The notes under the pieces: model-generated
What the model was told of the DNA's origin: nothing
Seen by the model: the letters and a program-made list of their open reading frames with translations, nothing else
Databases searched by the model: none
Origin: Rebecca billardiae RCC1528
Taxonomy: Eukaryota > Protista > Haptophyta
Length of the DNA: 64,000 nucleotides
NCBI GenBank assembly: GCA_965240325.2
Contig: OZ251239.1
Location: 868,001 to 932,000 of the forward strand
Direction: 5' to 3'
In this document: one piece after another, positions 12,367-24,846 of the stretch
Layout of the letters: each line of letters starts with the position of its first letter
Position numbering within the stretch: position 1 is the first letter of the stretch
Program-made: the position numbers and the translations under genes

Positions 12367-15069
12367 TCACTGCGCGCCGATGGCGTGGCGCAGGACGTCG
12401 AGCTCACGGGCGATCCGCAGCCGGTGGTGCTGCGCCGGCTGCTCGAGGGGCGCGTCGGGCGCGTACCCGTCGGCGGGCTGCGGCAGCGCGCGCTCCGTGA
12501 AGGCCGTCGTGGCGAGCCAGCGCAGGATGTCGTCGACGTCGTGCGACACGCCGCCCACACTCACGCTCACCTCGACGCGAGCCGGGGCGCGCGGCGCGGG
12601 CGAGCCGAGCGGCGAGCCGAGCGGACGGCCCGCTCGGCCGTCGGGCGAGTCGTCGCTGTGCCGGCTGCTCGCGGGCGAGTCCGGCGCGAGCGGCGAGACG
12701 CGAGCGCCGCGCCGCGCGCCGCCGTGCGCCGCGCCCGCCGAGTCGGTCGAGGCGGGCGGCGGCGGCGTCGGCGCGTACGCGGCGCGATCCGCGTCGGCCT
12801 CCGGCGGCGCGGGCGAGGGCGCGCGCTGGGCCGCGCGCCCAACCTGCACCTCCGCCGGCCGCAGCGCGTCGAGCGAGCCGTGGCCCGGCGCGCCCTCCTC
12901 GGCTGCGGCACGCGCGCCCGGCTCGGCGCCGTCCGCCGTGCCGTCCACGTTGGCCGCGGGCGCGCGCCGCGCCGACTGTGGCGGGCTAGCCGGGCCTGCG
13001 CTCTGCGCTGCCGGCTCGGGCTCGGGCGCGGGCTCGGGCGGGACGGGGCGGCCGAGCGCGCGCAGCACCAGCTGGACGGACTCGCACCGCGCGCGCAGCA
13101 CGCGCGCCTCCGCCTCCGCGTCGCGCGCGCGCGCCGAGTGCGCCGGCAGCGCCTCGTCCACGTCCGCGTGCGCGAAGAGCCGCGCCGCGTCCGCGGGCGG
13201 GGGCGGCAGCTGCTCGTCCTCGTCGGGGATGAGCTGCTCGCGGTTGTCCCACGCCCAGAAGGCCTGCACGTCCGTGAGGACGGAGGCGATGATGTCGCCC
13301 GCTCGGCACGCGAGCAGCTGCGCGTACGTGATCCGCCCGTCCGTCACCTGCGCCAGCTCGAACACCTCCTGCAGCGCGAGCTCGGTCGGCACGTCGTCCT
13401 CGCCCGACTGCCGCAGCCCGGCCATCACCTCCCTCAGAAAGAACGAGAGCTCCCACGCGTGCAGCGCCCCGCGGCCGTGCAGGTCGAGCGCGGCAAAGAA
13501 GAAGCGCAGGCCGTGCGCCGAGCCGCGCTCCGCGTGCGCCAGGCACAGGTCGAGGTACCCCTTGTAGTCCAGCGCGCCGTCGTACGTCGTCGAGGTCTCG
13601 AAGACGCGCTGCACGAACGCGGGCGTGAGCGTGCCGCCGCCGAACGCGCGCGCCTCCTCCTCGGACAGCATCCCGTCGTGGTCGCTGTCCAGCTCGAGGA
13701 AGGCGCGATACAGTGCGAGCGCGCGCTCGATCGAGAACCAGTTCGGCTCGGCCGAGCGCGCCGCCCCGTCGTCGCCGGCGCCGTCGGCGCCGTCGGCGCC
13801 GTCGGCGGGCGGCGAAGCCGTGCCGGCGACCGCCTCTGGCGGCAGCTGCGTGCGCGGCGCGCGCGCGCCCGCCTCGGCGCGCGCGCGCGGCACGCCGAGC
13901 GCGAGGAACTGCGCGAGGGCGCCGCTGAGCAGCAGCTCGCGCGTGCGCACAGGCGGCCCGCGCCGCCCGTGCCGCGCCTCCGCCGCCAGCACCAGCTTGC
14001 GCGTCGCGTGCGCCAGGTAGAAGGGCACGAACGCGTGGCCGCTCTGCAGCTGCGCCGCGCCCCTCAGCCGCAGCAGCGAGGGCGCCACGTCTTGCACCAG
14101 CGTCTCCACGTCCGCCTCCGAGAGCTGCGCGGGGCCGAGCGACTCGTACGGCGCGACGAGCAGCCGCGCGCGGAGGAGCGCCGTCAGCCGCGCCGCGTAC
14201 GCCGCGACCGAGCGCAGCGCGACGCGGCCGTGCCCGTCCACGCGCAGCGCGCAGAAGAGGGACGCGCACGCGCCGCGCTCGGCGGAGCTGCACCCGCCGC
14301 CGCCGCCGAGCCCGAGCGTGCGCCGCGCGTCCGCGCCGAGCGCCGCGGCGGCGGCGGCGCACACGTCGTCGTAGTTGGCGCGGGCGGCGTGCGCGTCGTG
14401 CGGCGGCGAGCGCTGCTCGACCAGCGCGCGCCACAGCGCGCGCAGCGCCGCCTCGTCCGGCAGCCTCGCGCCGAGGCCGCGCGCCGCCTCGGCGCGCGCG
14501 CTCGCGTCGCCTCCGCCCAGCGGCAGCCACTCGGCCTCGAGGCGGTGCCACGCCTGCTCGACGAGGGCCGAGATGTCGTCGCCCGCGTCGGTCGCGAGCG
14601 GCTCGAACAGCCGCACGCGCACGCTCGCGAGCACCGCCGCCTTGAGCCGCGCGGCCGACGGCGGCGCCGAGCGCGCGCGCACGAGCGTGCGCATCGAGCG
14701 CAGGAACGCGCAGCTGCCGGCCGAGAGCTGACCGGCGCGGCGCGGCGCGTGGGCGTCGGGGTCGAGCTCGCGCGCAATGCACGCACAGGTCGCGTCGAAC
14801 ACCGCGCGGCGGAAGATCATCATGCACTGCTCGTCGACGGCGGCCACCGCCGGCTGCGCGGCCGGCGGTCGCGGCTCGCCGCGCGCGCGTGACGCCTCGA
14901 CGGCGGCAAAGAGCTGAGCGCACGCGTCGGCGGAGGCGAGCGTCGCGAGTGCATCGTCCGTCTGCTCGCCGTCGAGCAGCCCGCGCTCGGCGAGCACCTC
15001 GAGCACATGGTCCGCGTACGCGTCGACAAGGCCTCGCGCCGTGTCGGGCGACAGCCGGCTCACGGGCAT
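12367..15069 (-). CDS. PP2A regulatory subunit B'' gamma (PPP2R3C/TON2-FASS-like), EF-hand
   Basis: NWFSIERALALYRAFLELDSDHDGMLSEEE, FVQRVFE, LDYKGYLDL and LTDVQAFWAWDNRE. Confidence 0.85.
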   Translation of the reverse strand: MPVSRLSPDTARGLVDAYADHVLEVLAERGLLDGEQTDDALATLASADACAQLFAAVEASRARGEPRPPAAQPAVAAVDEQCMMIFRRAVFDATCACIARELDPDAHAPRRAGQLSAGSCAFLRSMRTLVRARSAPPSAARLKAAVLASVRVRLFEPLATDAGDDISALVEQAWHRLEAEWLPLGGGDASARAEAARGLGARLPDEAALRALWRALVEQRSPPHDAHAARANYDDVCAAAAAALGADARRTLGLGGGGGCSSAERGACASLFCALRVDGHGRVALRSVAAYAARLTALLRARLLVAPYESLGPAQLSEADVETLVQDVAPSLLRLRGAAQLQSGHAFVPFYLAHATRKLVLAAEARHGRRGPPVRTRELLLSGALAQFLALGVPRARAEAGARAPRTQLPPEAVAGTASPPADGADGADGAGDDGAARSAEPNWFSIERALALYRAFLELDSDHDGMLSEEEARAFGGGTLTPAFVQRVFETSTTYDGALDYKGYLDLCLAHAERGSAHGLRFFFAALDLHGRGALHAWELSFFLREVMAGLRQSGEDDVPTELALQEVFELAQVTDGRITYAQLLACRAGDIIASVLTDVQAFWAWDNREQLIPDEDEQLPPPPADAARLFAHADVDEALPAHSARARDAEAEARVLRARCESVQLVLRALGRPVPPEPAPEPEPAAQSAGPASPPQSARRAPAANVDGTADGAEPGARAAAEEGAPGHGSLDALRPAEVQVGRAAQRAPSPAPPEADADRAAYAPTPPPPASTDSAGAAHGGARRGARVSPLAPDSPASSRHSDDSPDGRAGRPLGSPLGSPAPRAPARVEVSVSVGGVSHDVDDILRWLATTAFTERALPQPADGYAPDAPLEQPAQHHRLRIARELDVLRHAIGAQ

Positions 15070-15341
15070 GGCTCTGCTCGTTCTTGAACCAGCTCTCGAT
15101 CGATGTCGACTTCCAACTTTGGGCGAGCATCATCTTCTTTTTGGGCCCAAATCGAGAACCTCGAATAGGTGGCGAATAGAAGCGGTCCGCTCAAAAACAT
15201 TATTACTCACCTGTATTGAAACTCGCGGGACCGCCGCTAACGACTTCAGGAAAAGCGAAAGCAAAACGGCCGGCCCGGGCAAGAGCCAAGAAATCGCGGC
15301 GGAAAATGATGGCCTCCACGCCTCTCACGACGGTGACGCGG

Positions 15342-16055
15342 TCAGCTGCCGGCGGCGCCGGTGCCGGTGGCCAACCAGTGGAGCCACGGCGCTGTCATGC
15401 CGTCGCGCGCCAACGAGGCGGCGAGCACGACGCGCGTGGCACACGCGAGGTGATACCACACGACGCAGTACCCGGGTACGGTGGAGAGCAGGATGGCGGG
15501 CGACCCGCGCCAGAACGCCCACGGATAGAGCGCGCGCGCCACCAGGTAGATGCACCCTGTCCAGCGCGTCGAGTGCGGGCCGACCGTGAGCGCGTAGAGC
15601 CAGAGCGAGACGAGGAAGGGTACGAGCTGTTCGAGCGTGTTCCCCACACACCTGTCCCCGAGGATGGCCAGCGGATCGTGCGTGTTCCCGTACTTGACGG
15701 CGGCGGTGGACGGTTCGTGATACCTGTAGCGCGAGAGGCCGAGTGTCGTCGCCCAGTCGCGCGTGCCGTGTGCCTGCGACGGCTGGGCACGGCCGATGAT
15801 GTACAGCTTGGAGTACGTCTGGAAGAAGAGGAAGGCGTAGTAGCTGCGCGCGCGCGTGCACGCGCACCCGCCCGACGGTGAGATATCGCGGGGCCCGTGT
15901 GCCGCGCGCGATCATGACCGCGGCCGGTGCGGCGCGCACATGGTCACTATGCCGACTGTGATGAGGACGGGCTCGACGTACTCAACGAGCGGAGCCGAGG
16001 TGGTCGCACAGTGCCGCACATCTGATGCGCCGCGCGCATTGCCCCAGGGCCCCAT
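15342..16055 (-). CDS. MAPEG-family membrane protein; intron 15844-15939; start uncertain
   Basis: Spliced product ..PVLITVGIVTIYYAFLFFQ...VKYG...GDRCVGNTLEQLVPFLVSLWL...GCIYLVARALYP has 4 hydrophobic segments with the N-x-x-E and R-x-x-Y motifs. Confidence 0.7.
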
Positions 16056-16221
16056 CCCGGCACCGCACCGGCCCGGGCGGCGCAGCCCTCGTCCGTCCGG
16101 CTGGGGGCAAGCCGCCCGGACGCGCATCAAATACAAGGAAGCCTGCCTGCGCAGCTGCCACTGGCCAACCGTCGTCGCGCTCGCCAGCGGGGTCGTTCGC
16201 CGCGGTGCGCGAGGCCCCGAG

Positions 16222-19098
16222 ATGGACGAGGCCGAGATGAGCGAGGCCCCCGAGCTCGACGAGGAAGCGCCGCCGGCGAAGCGCAGCCGCGCCTCCGACA
16301 GCCTGTCCAGCTTCTTCCGCGCCACCAACGCCGACGGGGACAACGTCTACCTCACGCTGCGCGAGCGGCCGCCGCGCGTGCGCAGCAGCCGGCACGTGTA
16401 CGGCGCGATGCTCGAGACGCCGGTCGCCGAGCTCAAGACGCGGCTGGCGGCGTCGGCGCGCCGCGCGGCGTCGGCTGAGCTGGGCGAGTCGCTCATGCCC
16501 GACGCCCCGCCCAGCGCCGCCTCGCCCCACACCGCCGATCTGTGGGCCTCCAAGTACGCGCCGCGCGGGTTCACGCAGCTCGTCTCCGACGAGTCGACCA
16601 ACCGCACGGTGCTGCACTGGGTTAAGAGCTGGGACGCGCTGGTGTTCGGCGGCGCGCGCGGCGGCGAGAAGGGGGGCGCGCCGCCCTCGGCCGCCGCGCA
16701 GCCGCGCGTCGCGCTCAGCGCGCGCGCGTGGACGGCGTCGGGCGGCGGCGGCGGCGGCGGCGGGCTCGGCGGCGGCGCGGGCGGCGGCGGCGGCGGCGGC
16801 TCGGGCGGCGGCGGCGGCGGCGCGGAGGGCGCGTCGAGCGGGCCGTCGTCGAAGGTGCTGCTCCTGTGGGGCCCGCCGGGCCTGGGCAAGACCACCCTCG
16901 CCCACGTCGCCGCGCGCCAGGCCGGCTACCACGCGGTCGAGGTGAACGCGTCAGACGAGCGCTCGGCGGCGCGCATGCGCTCGCTGCGCGACACGATGAC
17001 GAGTGCGCCGCTGTTCGGCGACACGCGGCCGCGGCTGCTCGTGCTCGACGAGATGGACGGCGCGCTCGGCGGGAACGAGTCGACGAGCGCGGTCTCCGAG
17101 CTCCTCAAGATGGTCGGCCCGCCCTCCGCGCCCGCGGGCGCGCCGGGCACGCTCGGCCGGCCGGTGATCTGCGTCGCCAACGACGCCTTCTGCGCGGCGC
17201 TGCGCCCGCTGCGCGCGGCCGCGCTCGTGGTCGAGATGGGCGCGGTGTCCAAGTCGAAGCTGGGCTCGCGGCTGCGGCACATCTGCGAGCGCGAGGGCGT
17301 CGCGGTGAGCCCCAACGCGCTCGACGTGCTCATCACCGAGCAGATGGGCGACACGCGCGCGTGTCTGCACGCGCTGCAGCTGCTCGCGCGCTCGAGCGGC
17401 GCGCCGCGCGCACCCGCCGCCGCGGGCGGCGCTGCCGGCGGCAAGACGATCACGGTGGAGGACGTGCGCGGCGCGGGCGGCGTGGGCGTGCGCGACGCGG
17501 GTGTGGACGACCTCGCGCTGCTGCGCGCGCTCTTCACCAAGGCGCCCGCCGCCGCCGCGAGCGGCGGGCGCGGCGGCCGCGGCGCCGAGGGTGTGCTGCG
17601 CGCGCAGCTGAGCCGCGCGGACGTGGGCCGGCTGCTTGAGGGGTGCCTCGAGCACCACGCGCGCATGCAGGCGATCGACTCGGGGATGGCGCGCGCCGAG
17701 GCCACCGCCGAGTGGCTCTCGTGGGGCGCCGCCCTCTCCGACGGCCACCACGGCGTCGCCGCCTCGTACGCGGGCTGGGCGGCGCGCGCGGTGCGTGTGC
17801 ACGCGGCCGTGCCGCGCGTGGGCGCGCACGCCGTCCGCTTCCCGCGCGCGGCGGTGGACGCGCGGCAGCTGGCGGTGCGCAACGAGCGGCTGCTCGGCTG
17901 CTTCCACGCGGGCCTCTCCCCCGCGCTGCGCTCGCAGCTCCCCCGCCGCGCGCTGCCCCTCGAGCTGCTGCCCGCGCTCGGCACGCTGCTGCGCCCGCCC
18001 GTGCGCGCGCTGCCAATGCACCTGCTCACCGCGCCCGAGCGCGCGTCCGTCGCCGAGCTGGTCGACACGATGATGAGCACCGGTGCGGGGGCGGCGCGCG
18101 CGCAGCGCGCTCTCGCCCGCGCACGCGCGCGCGCGCGCGCACGGCCCGCCCCAACCCCCCTCTGTGGGCGCGCCGACGCCGCGCCCACGCCCGCGCGCAC
18201 GCGCGCCCCCGTCCAGGCCTGAGCTACAAGCAGGGCCGCAACGCTCTGAGCGGCGCGGCCGAGTATGTGCTGGAGCCTCCGATCCACGAGCTGGGCGTGA
18301 GCCCGGCAGAGGCGGAGGAGGAGGACGCGGCGGGCGGGGCGCAGCGCGGCGGCGTGGCGGCGGCAGACGCCGCCGCGCCGCCGCGCGCGCGCGCACCGCC
18401 CTCTCTGCCGTACGTGAGTCAGCAGTTGGTCGCGACAGAGCTCGAGCGCGCGCGCATCCGGAGGCTGCATGTCACCGCGGGCGGCGGCGGCGGCGGAAGT
18501 GGCGGCGCGGCGGCCGGGGCAGCTGGCGCGCCCGAGCACGCGGCTGTCGCGGCGACGCCGCCGCACCGGCCCACTGGCGCGCACGCCGGCTCGGCGGCGC
18601 GCGCCGCGCCGCCGCAGCCGACGCAGCCACTGCCGGCCGCTGGCCGTGAGAACGCCGTGCCCGCAGCCGCCGGCCTGCGCACGCCGGGTGCGGCCGCGGC
18701 CGTGGCGTGCGCGCCCAAGACCCCCGCCCTGCCGACGCCGAGGCCGCCCAAGCTGCCCGCCTCCCGAGAGCGCGCGCACGTCACCATCCACTCGTGGGCG
18801 AGGTGTGCGCGCTGCGCGCGCGACGCGCGCGCACAGCCGGCCGGCTTTGCTCTGAGCGCGCGGCGTGCACGCGCCCGGCCACGCGCGCGCGCGCCCGCCC
18901 GCCCTCCCCGCCCGTGCGCGCAGCAAGCGCAAGAATGCCGACGGCAGCGCCGCGGAAGGCAGCTCGCGAGGCACCGAGCGCCAGTCGGCCGCGGCCGCGG
19001 CGGCCGCAGCGTCGGCGGCCGTGCAGCTGCGGTACAAGCACCACGAGGGCGTCACCAACGCCGTGCGCCGCACCGTGCACGTGCGCGACCTGCTGTGA
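16222..19098 (+). CDS. CTF18: Chromosome transmission fidelity protein 18 (RFC-like clamp loader); introns 18083-18216 and 18803-18923
   Basis: LWASKYAPRGFTQLVSDESTNRTVLHWVKSWD, GPPGLGKTTLAH, EVNASDERS, RPVICVAND and C-terminal RYKHHEGVTNAVRR. Confidence 0.92.
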
Positions 19099-19461
19099 GC
19101 ACGGCCTGTTACCAGCGCCTGCCTCCGGGAGGAGTGCCGAGTGCCCGCGACGGGCCGCCCCCGGGCGTTGTCGCTGCCGTCTGCGTGTGCGGCGTGTTCT
19201 GCGCGCCAAGCCAACGCTGGCGGACCAGCGTCCAGCCAGCAAGCGGAACTGTCGATCCGCACCATGCAGCATGGCACGATATGTTGCCAAGCGCGCGCCT
19301 CCATCGACTATCGAGTCCACGTCCACGACCACGCCGGCCCGATCAAAGTCGGATATCCCACTGGTGTCCTGTGCCATAGGACTACTGGGTCAGGCTAATA
19401 ATAATGGCTATGCTGACCACAGGCACAGGGCAGCCGGCCAGAGCGGAGGGCCCGCAGGAGA

Positions 19462-21412
19462 TAGGTGGGTCCCTGGCGATTTTCCAGCGGTCTTTTAAAC
19501 ATTTACCGGGTTCTCTGGCCGGATTTCTTTCGCGCGGGGCGCGGCTCGGGAAAATCGCCGGGCCGCCGGCCGAGGTCCGATCTGAACGCTCCCGACGATG
19601 TCGGAGTGCCTCTCCAGCGCGACCGAGCCGCCGTGTGTCGGGTAGACTACTGCCAACACCTATCGCGCGCTCCAGCGCTTTGCGCGTGCTCACGGATGGG
19701 ATCCGTGGTCACACATCCCCCGCCTGGCACGTGCCCGCATGTTTGACTCTCGCCCGGCTAGACGCGTACAGACAACTTGAATCGATCGGCAGGTGTTCGA
19801 CCCGTGCCTTCGAGCAGGGTCACTTTTCGCTACAGGCGGGTCAGGCGACGGGAGGCATGGGTCACCATCAGGCATGTGCATACTCTTGACGCTCCCGCCA
19901 TCTTGAGCAGCTCTACGCACCGTGAAGGTGACAATTGGGCTGCGCGCAAGCTGCTCGTGAGAACGCACGACAGCCAGCCCCGGGCTCTCGGGGAGCCATG
20001 TGAGCGATTGGCGACTTCCGAGAGGGCGTGTTTGGTGGGGGTTGGTACCAATCATCGACCAGCAGGCCTGGGATGGGTGCACTGAGGACTTGGGATGCTG
20101 AGAAGCCGCCGCGATGTGCATCGAGCACGCTGACTTGCCATCCGTGTGCACGATCAAGCGCCAGGAAGATCAGCAGGGCCTTTGACAGCGGCAGCAGGCG
20201 CTCAGCGATCCTTCCCTATGCCGAGTGTGGGCATAATATGCGGTGCTCGAGCGTGGTCGCAGGATATGGGTCCATTCTTGACAGAACGCGGTCGCGTTGA
20301 CAGGCGCGGGTGCCACCCCACGCTGTTGCTCCTGCCATCGGGTGGTCCCACTCGTTCCGCTTGTTATCTGCGAAGACTCGTACTCAGCAAATCTACGGCT
20401 AGGCGTGGTAGACCCCTCAGACGCATGTCTGATGATTGCCCGGCACGTTCTCGTCGTCACGTTGGGTGTACTTGAGCGAGCGGAAGCCGCAACGTGATGG
20501 CTAGGCCAGCAGCTCAACCATCTGACGTCTCGCCGGCCAACTGGCTGAGTGCTCTCAGCCTAGCAGCAGCGTCGGTGAACCTATCGTATTGCTGCCTGGC
20601 AAGAAGATTGTAGGAGGTATCGTCGACGGCATGGGCTGCAGCTGCGGTAGTCGTGGACTGGTGGCGGCCTCACGCGGGTGGGCATACGACGACCGGTGAC
20701 ACGCGGAGTACGAGCACGGAAGCCGCCGAGCGCGGCAAGCTCCGGCGGTGGCGTTGGCTGATAGTCCAGCCTCGACGGCGGAGGGCTCCCGTGTGACGAC
20801 GGTGGCATGCTCGGTGGCGGGCGATGATGCGTGCCTCGGCACGCAGCCCGCCACAAACACTGCCACTCGCAGGCAGTCCGGTTGCGGCCCGGTTTGCCTG
20901 TGTCCGCGTCGCTCGGCGCCTATTCGATGACCCAACAAACGTACCCACATATCGGAACGAATTTGAATATATAGCGAGCCACATCCACGGTCAATATAAA
21001 GTGGGTAACCGTCGTTCTATATATGGGTAATTGGCTATATACAAAGTGGGTAATCTGCTCGATCTTGCTGTAGTTTGTTGGAGGTATCCGCGCACAGCAT
21101 AGAGCCCCACTCTTTGCTTCATAAAATGGTTCGGTCGGGTGTCAACGGTTGCCAATAAGTCGTTCCGATCGCATGTCGCCATCTAGCCACCATAACCATC
21201 AAGTAACGCTTCGCAAAATCTCTATGTGACACTAGTGGCGCGGCGCGCGCGCGCTCGGCCGCGCGACGGCACGCGGAGTAGGTTTTGAGGTCGAAACTTT
21301 TGCTCCGCCCCGATGGGACGCATTTATAGCGTCGATTCTGGGTGAGAGACGAAATCTAGGACGCCATTCTGAGTGCGCCAGAACATCGCCCCAGTTGGGA
21401 GGGACCCACCTA
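19462..21412. mobile_element. Non-autonomous DNA transposon with 13-bp TIRs and 7-bp TSD
   Basis: TAGGTGGGTCCCT at 19462-19474 and AGGGACCCACCTA at 21400-21412, flanked by CAGGAGA at 19455-19461 and 21413-21419. No intact transposase ORF. Confidence 0.85.
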
Positions 21413-21526
21413 CAGGAGAGTGACGACTCGTCAGCATGGCAGTTATTACTGTATATGTATATATATTATATATAATTAAATAATAATATAATAATAATAG
21501 TTATATATATATATAGTTCGTCATCA

Positions 21527-21707
21527 CCAGACGGTGCGTCGACTAGCTTCCGCTCGGCGATGGAGTGATGAGCGACTACGAGGGGGGGGGGGACGACGGC
21601 GAGCAGAGCGCTGACCCTGGTGTTTGTCTCTGCTGCTCGATCTGCTGCTATACAGCTTGCTGTCGTTGCTGACTCTGACGCCTGCCCAGTGCATACCACG
21701 TCGTTAA
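21527..21707 (+). mobile_element. 5'-truncated non-LTR retrotransposon tail, family R1
   Basis: Near-identical to the reverse complement of 31011-31172; ends GCATACCACGTCGTTAA followed by (TA)n. Confidence 0.7.
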
Positions 21708-21784
21708 TATATATAGTTCGACCACGACCACCGCATCATATTTTTATTGTATATATATATATATATATCATATCTAATTATCGA

Positions 21785-21837
21785 TGTGTCTGCTACACTC
21801 TGAGCCTGACGCTTGCCGGTTGCATACCACGCGTCAT

Positions 21838-21920
<83 letters not shown>
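21785..21920 (+). repeat. Short R1b tail followed by a ~80-bp (TA)n microsatellite
   Basis: CACTCTGAGCCTGACGCTTG is shared with 35111-35158 and 38930-38983. Confidence 0.7.
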
Positions 21921-21923
<3 letters not shown>

Positions 21924-21998
21924 CCCCGGTGATGCAACATCGGCAGCGCCGGCGCGATAACTAATACTAGTCACTTAGTGGCACCGGACATGACGGCG

Positions 21999-22546
21999 AG
22001 TTCGGACGACGACGTTTTGTGGACGACGGTGGGGCGAGGACGACGGGCGCTGGCGCGCCGCCGCGCCGCGAGGCGGCCGCAGCCCTCATGACTCATCCAG
22101 GCCTCGCAGGCGGACGGCTGAACGATTTTTTCCGGCGGCACTACCATCGGCGACGGCTTCATGGGCGGTGACAGTTGGCGGGCGTCAATCTCGCCTGCCT
22201 GAGCTGTGTGCGTCTCTTATTCTTAGTAAACTGTACAGTTTATTTGTTTTAACGTGCGTAAGGCTCACGGTGGCAGGTTGCCGCGCCATCCTTCAGCGCA
22301 CGCTCTCCGAAGAGAGACCTGGTAGTTCGGACGACGACGTTTTGTGGACGACGGTGGGGCGAGGACGACGGGCGCTGGCGCGCCGCGAGGCGGCCGCAGC
22401 CCTCATCCAGGCCTCGCAGGCGGACGGCTGAACGAATTTTCCGGCGGCGCTACCATCGGCGACGGCTTCATGGGCGGTGACAGTTGGCGGGCGTCAATCT
22501 CTCCTGCCTGAGCTGTGTGCGTCTCTTATTCTTAGTATAAACTGTA
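21999..22546 (+). mobile_element. Two tandem 5'-truncated copies of non-LTR tail family R2 (21999-22235 and ~22255-22546)
   Basis: ~235-bp direct repeat ending TCTCTTATTCTTAGTAAACTGTA. The longer copy retains an ORF end (LTVAGCRAILQR...QASQADG*). Confidence 0.7.
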
Positions 22547-23820
22547 GTGGTGAGTCTAAGTGTCGTAGTGGGTCAATTGGTACGGAGGCACAGCTGCGGT
22601 GCCCAGCTGCCGGTGCCCGGAAAGAACGCGACGACGTGTCCGGTCAGTCGTATAGTGAAGAATGACCGGAGTCACTCGAGGTTGAACTTGAAGCCCGCCG
22701 GGGCGCCGCGTGGCTGGCAGTCGCGTGGCGCGCCAGCATGAGAGCGCGGGCGATCGAGCGCGCCATCGACGTCGCCTGTGGCAGGGTGGTGGCATTCTCG
22801 TCCAGCACCGCACCAACTACCAAGCCAGGGCGTGTACGCAGCTGACTTCACTATCGCCGGGCCGACAGCGCCATCTTTTGGGCTGACCCACACGTGCGCG
22901 AAGACCCTCAGGCTCAATCAACGCAATCAATTCCAGGGCTTCCAGCAGCCTCGGGCCCTCGTTGGATCTGACGAACTCGACGTGATTGGCCGCCGCCTCG
23001 GCGACTGCCTTGGGCTTGAGCACTTGACTTGTTCATTGTAGTGAACGGTGGGTGCCTTGCTGGAGTGGGGGGCCTGGCCAGCGCTCACGTCTGTGTCTGT
23101 GACGTCAGGGACGCCGGAACAGGCACTATTGTGATATAGCCAGGGGCAGGTTGCGCACGAGGCCAGCGGTCAGTCGGAAAGCCGCCGCCAACGGGCGGGT
23201 GGTTGGCGAGCCACGAGTCGTTGTACGCGGCGTCCCCTTCTCGGCCGAATGGAGCGAGGCGGGGCAAGCTCGAACCGGCTGGGGCGCATCGCGCACGGCG
23301 GGCGGGCTTTGGCGCTTTGCCTTTTTCCGTATTCAATGTACCCGCTTCAAATGGACGAAGCCCGTTCCAATAGGAAGACGGTTCAATTTGGCGTACTGTA
23401 TGACCGATGCGGGGAACGCGCCTGTGTTCTGTTTGATTCAGAACAGCCAATTACCCCCATACTGCCCGAATTTCCGCTTATATTGAACGCGCCATTGTCT
23501 TTGTCAGGAGAATCGGTCGTCAAGACATCTTCAAGAATCAGACTACCCCCATAGTAGTACGAACAGGGGAGAGAAAGTACGAACCGTACGAATTGTAGTC
23601 TCATTCTATAGTTTAACGACACAGCCACACAGGTAGGACGACGCGGGTCTCCGCCTGATTACAGTATTCGTCGGCGGCCGGCGGCAGTGCCCGATCCGCC
23701 GATCGTCGACACGAAGTTGGCGTTTCGGTGGCAGAGCATAGCCTGCACCGCGATCGAATGTTTGACGATGGAGCCGAGAGTTAAAAGTACCCCTCAATAT
23801 CGTTCAAGATTCGGCTGACC

Positions 23821-24846
23821 ATGACGAGGACCAGCCCGCGGGAGTGGTGCGCGGCACTCGAGCACCCGTGCGTCTTCGTCAACGGGACCGTGATCTCCCA
23901 GCCGACCTCGAGCATCATTGGCGTGGTGCTCGGCGTCGCCTACCTCATCTCGGGCGCCTTCACCATCCGAGCCAACCACAAGCGCGGTGTATTGTGGGCG
24001 TGGACCAAAGGCAAGGAGGAGGAGACCGGGTTTGGCGACAAGGCGCGGGAGTTCTGCCGAGAGCTCTACGGCGTGACGCTTATCGTTTGGGGTGCCGCCC
24101 TCTTCTTCGCCACTGCATCGTACGCCGGCGCGGCGGGCGCAGCGCGCGCGCGGCCCGCCGCGGGCAGCATTACGGTGAGCGTGAACGGGGCATGACACGG
24201 CGCGCTGCGGTGCCCGCGGCGCAGGTACCAGTCCTTCACCTACCAGCTGCAGTGCGAGACCATCGACTCGCCCTGCATCGACCCCGATTCCGCGGAGCTC
24301 CTGTACGACGTGGACGTCAACTGGGCCGCCATCACGTACCTCATCCTGCAGACCGTTGGCCACCACCTTCTCGTGGTCGGGGACGTGTTCCGCGCGGCCC
24401 GGCGCTACGTGCGGCTCGCGATCGCCGTCTCGGTGGCGCTCACACTGGCCTACGCGCTCTGGTGCTTCACGGTCGACGTGCATAACACCGTGGACCTCTA
24501 CTCGGCGTCCCTCGTCATCGCGGCGCCGACCCTGGCGGCCCAGGGCTTTCTCAGCGGCTGGGTCCGCTACGGCCCGCGGCTGCTGGCCTGCTGGGCGACA
24601 CTGCTCGTCTCCTATGTTGTCTACATATGCTTTGTCTACATGGTGGACGAGGAGCGGGTCTACCGAGAGTCGGGGGTCTGGTTCCACGCCAACGACGCGC
24701 TTCACGTGCTGGTGATCCCCTACGGCCCTCTCCTCTACTGGGCATCGCTCACTGCGGAGGACGCGCCGCCAGGCACGGCCTTCGCCACGGAGAACCACGT
24801 GGAGGCCGAGCGGAAGGCGGGGAAGGATGACGACATCAGGGCCTGA
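23821..24846 (+). CDS. Multi-pass membrane protein of unknown function (possibly CREST/DUF6962-like); intron 24120-24224
   Basis: The spliced ORF has ~7 hydrophobic helices and the motifs QPTSS, SYQSFTYQLQC and WFHANDALHVL. Confidence 0.7.

Noticed and set aside
19462-21412. Fanzor/TnpB or transposase cargo
   Set aside because: No RuvC, zinc-finger or DDE motifs were recognisable in any frame.
22203-22235. Nextera adapter contamination (GTCTCTTAT)
   Set aside because: The match is only ~9 nt; the copies diverge from each other and extend into a longer shared repeat.
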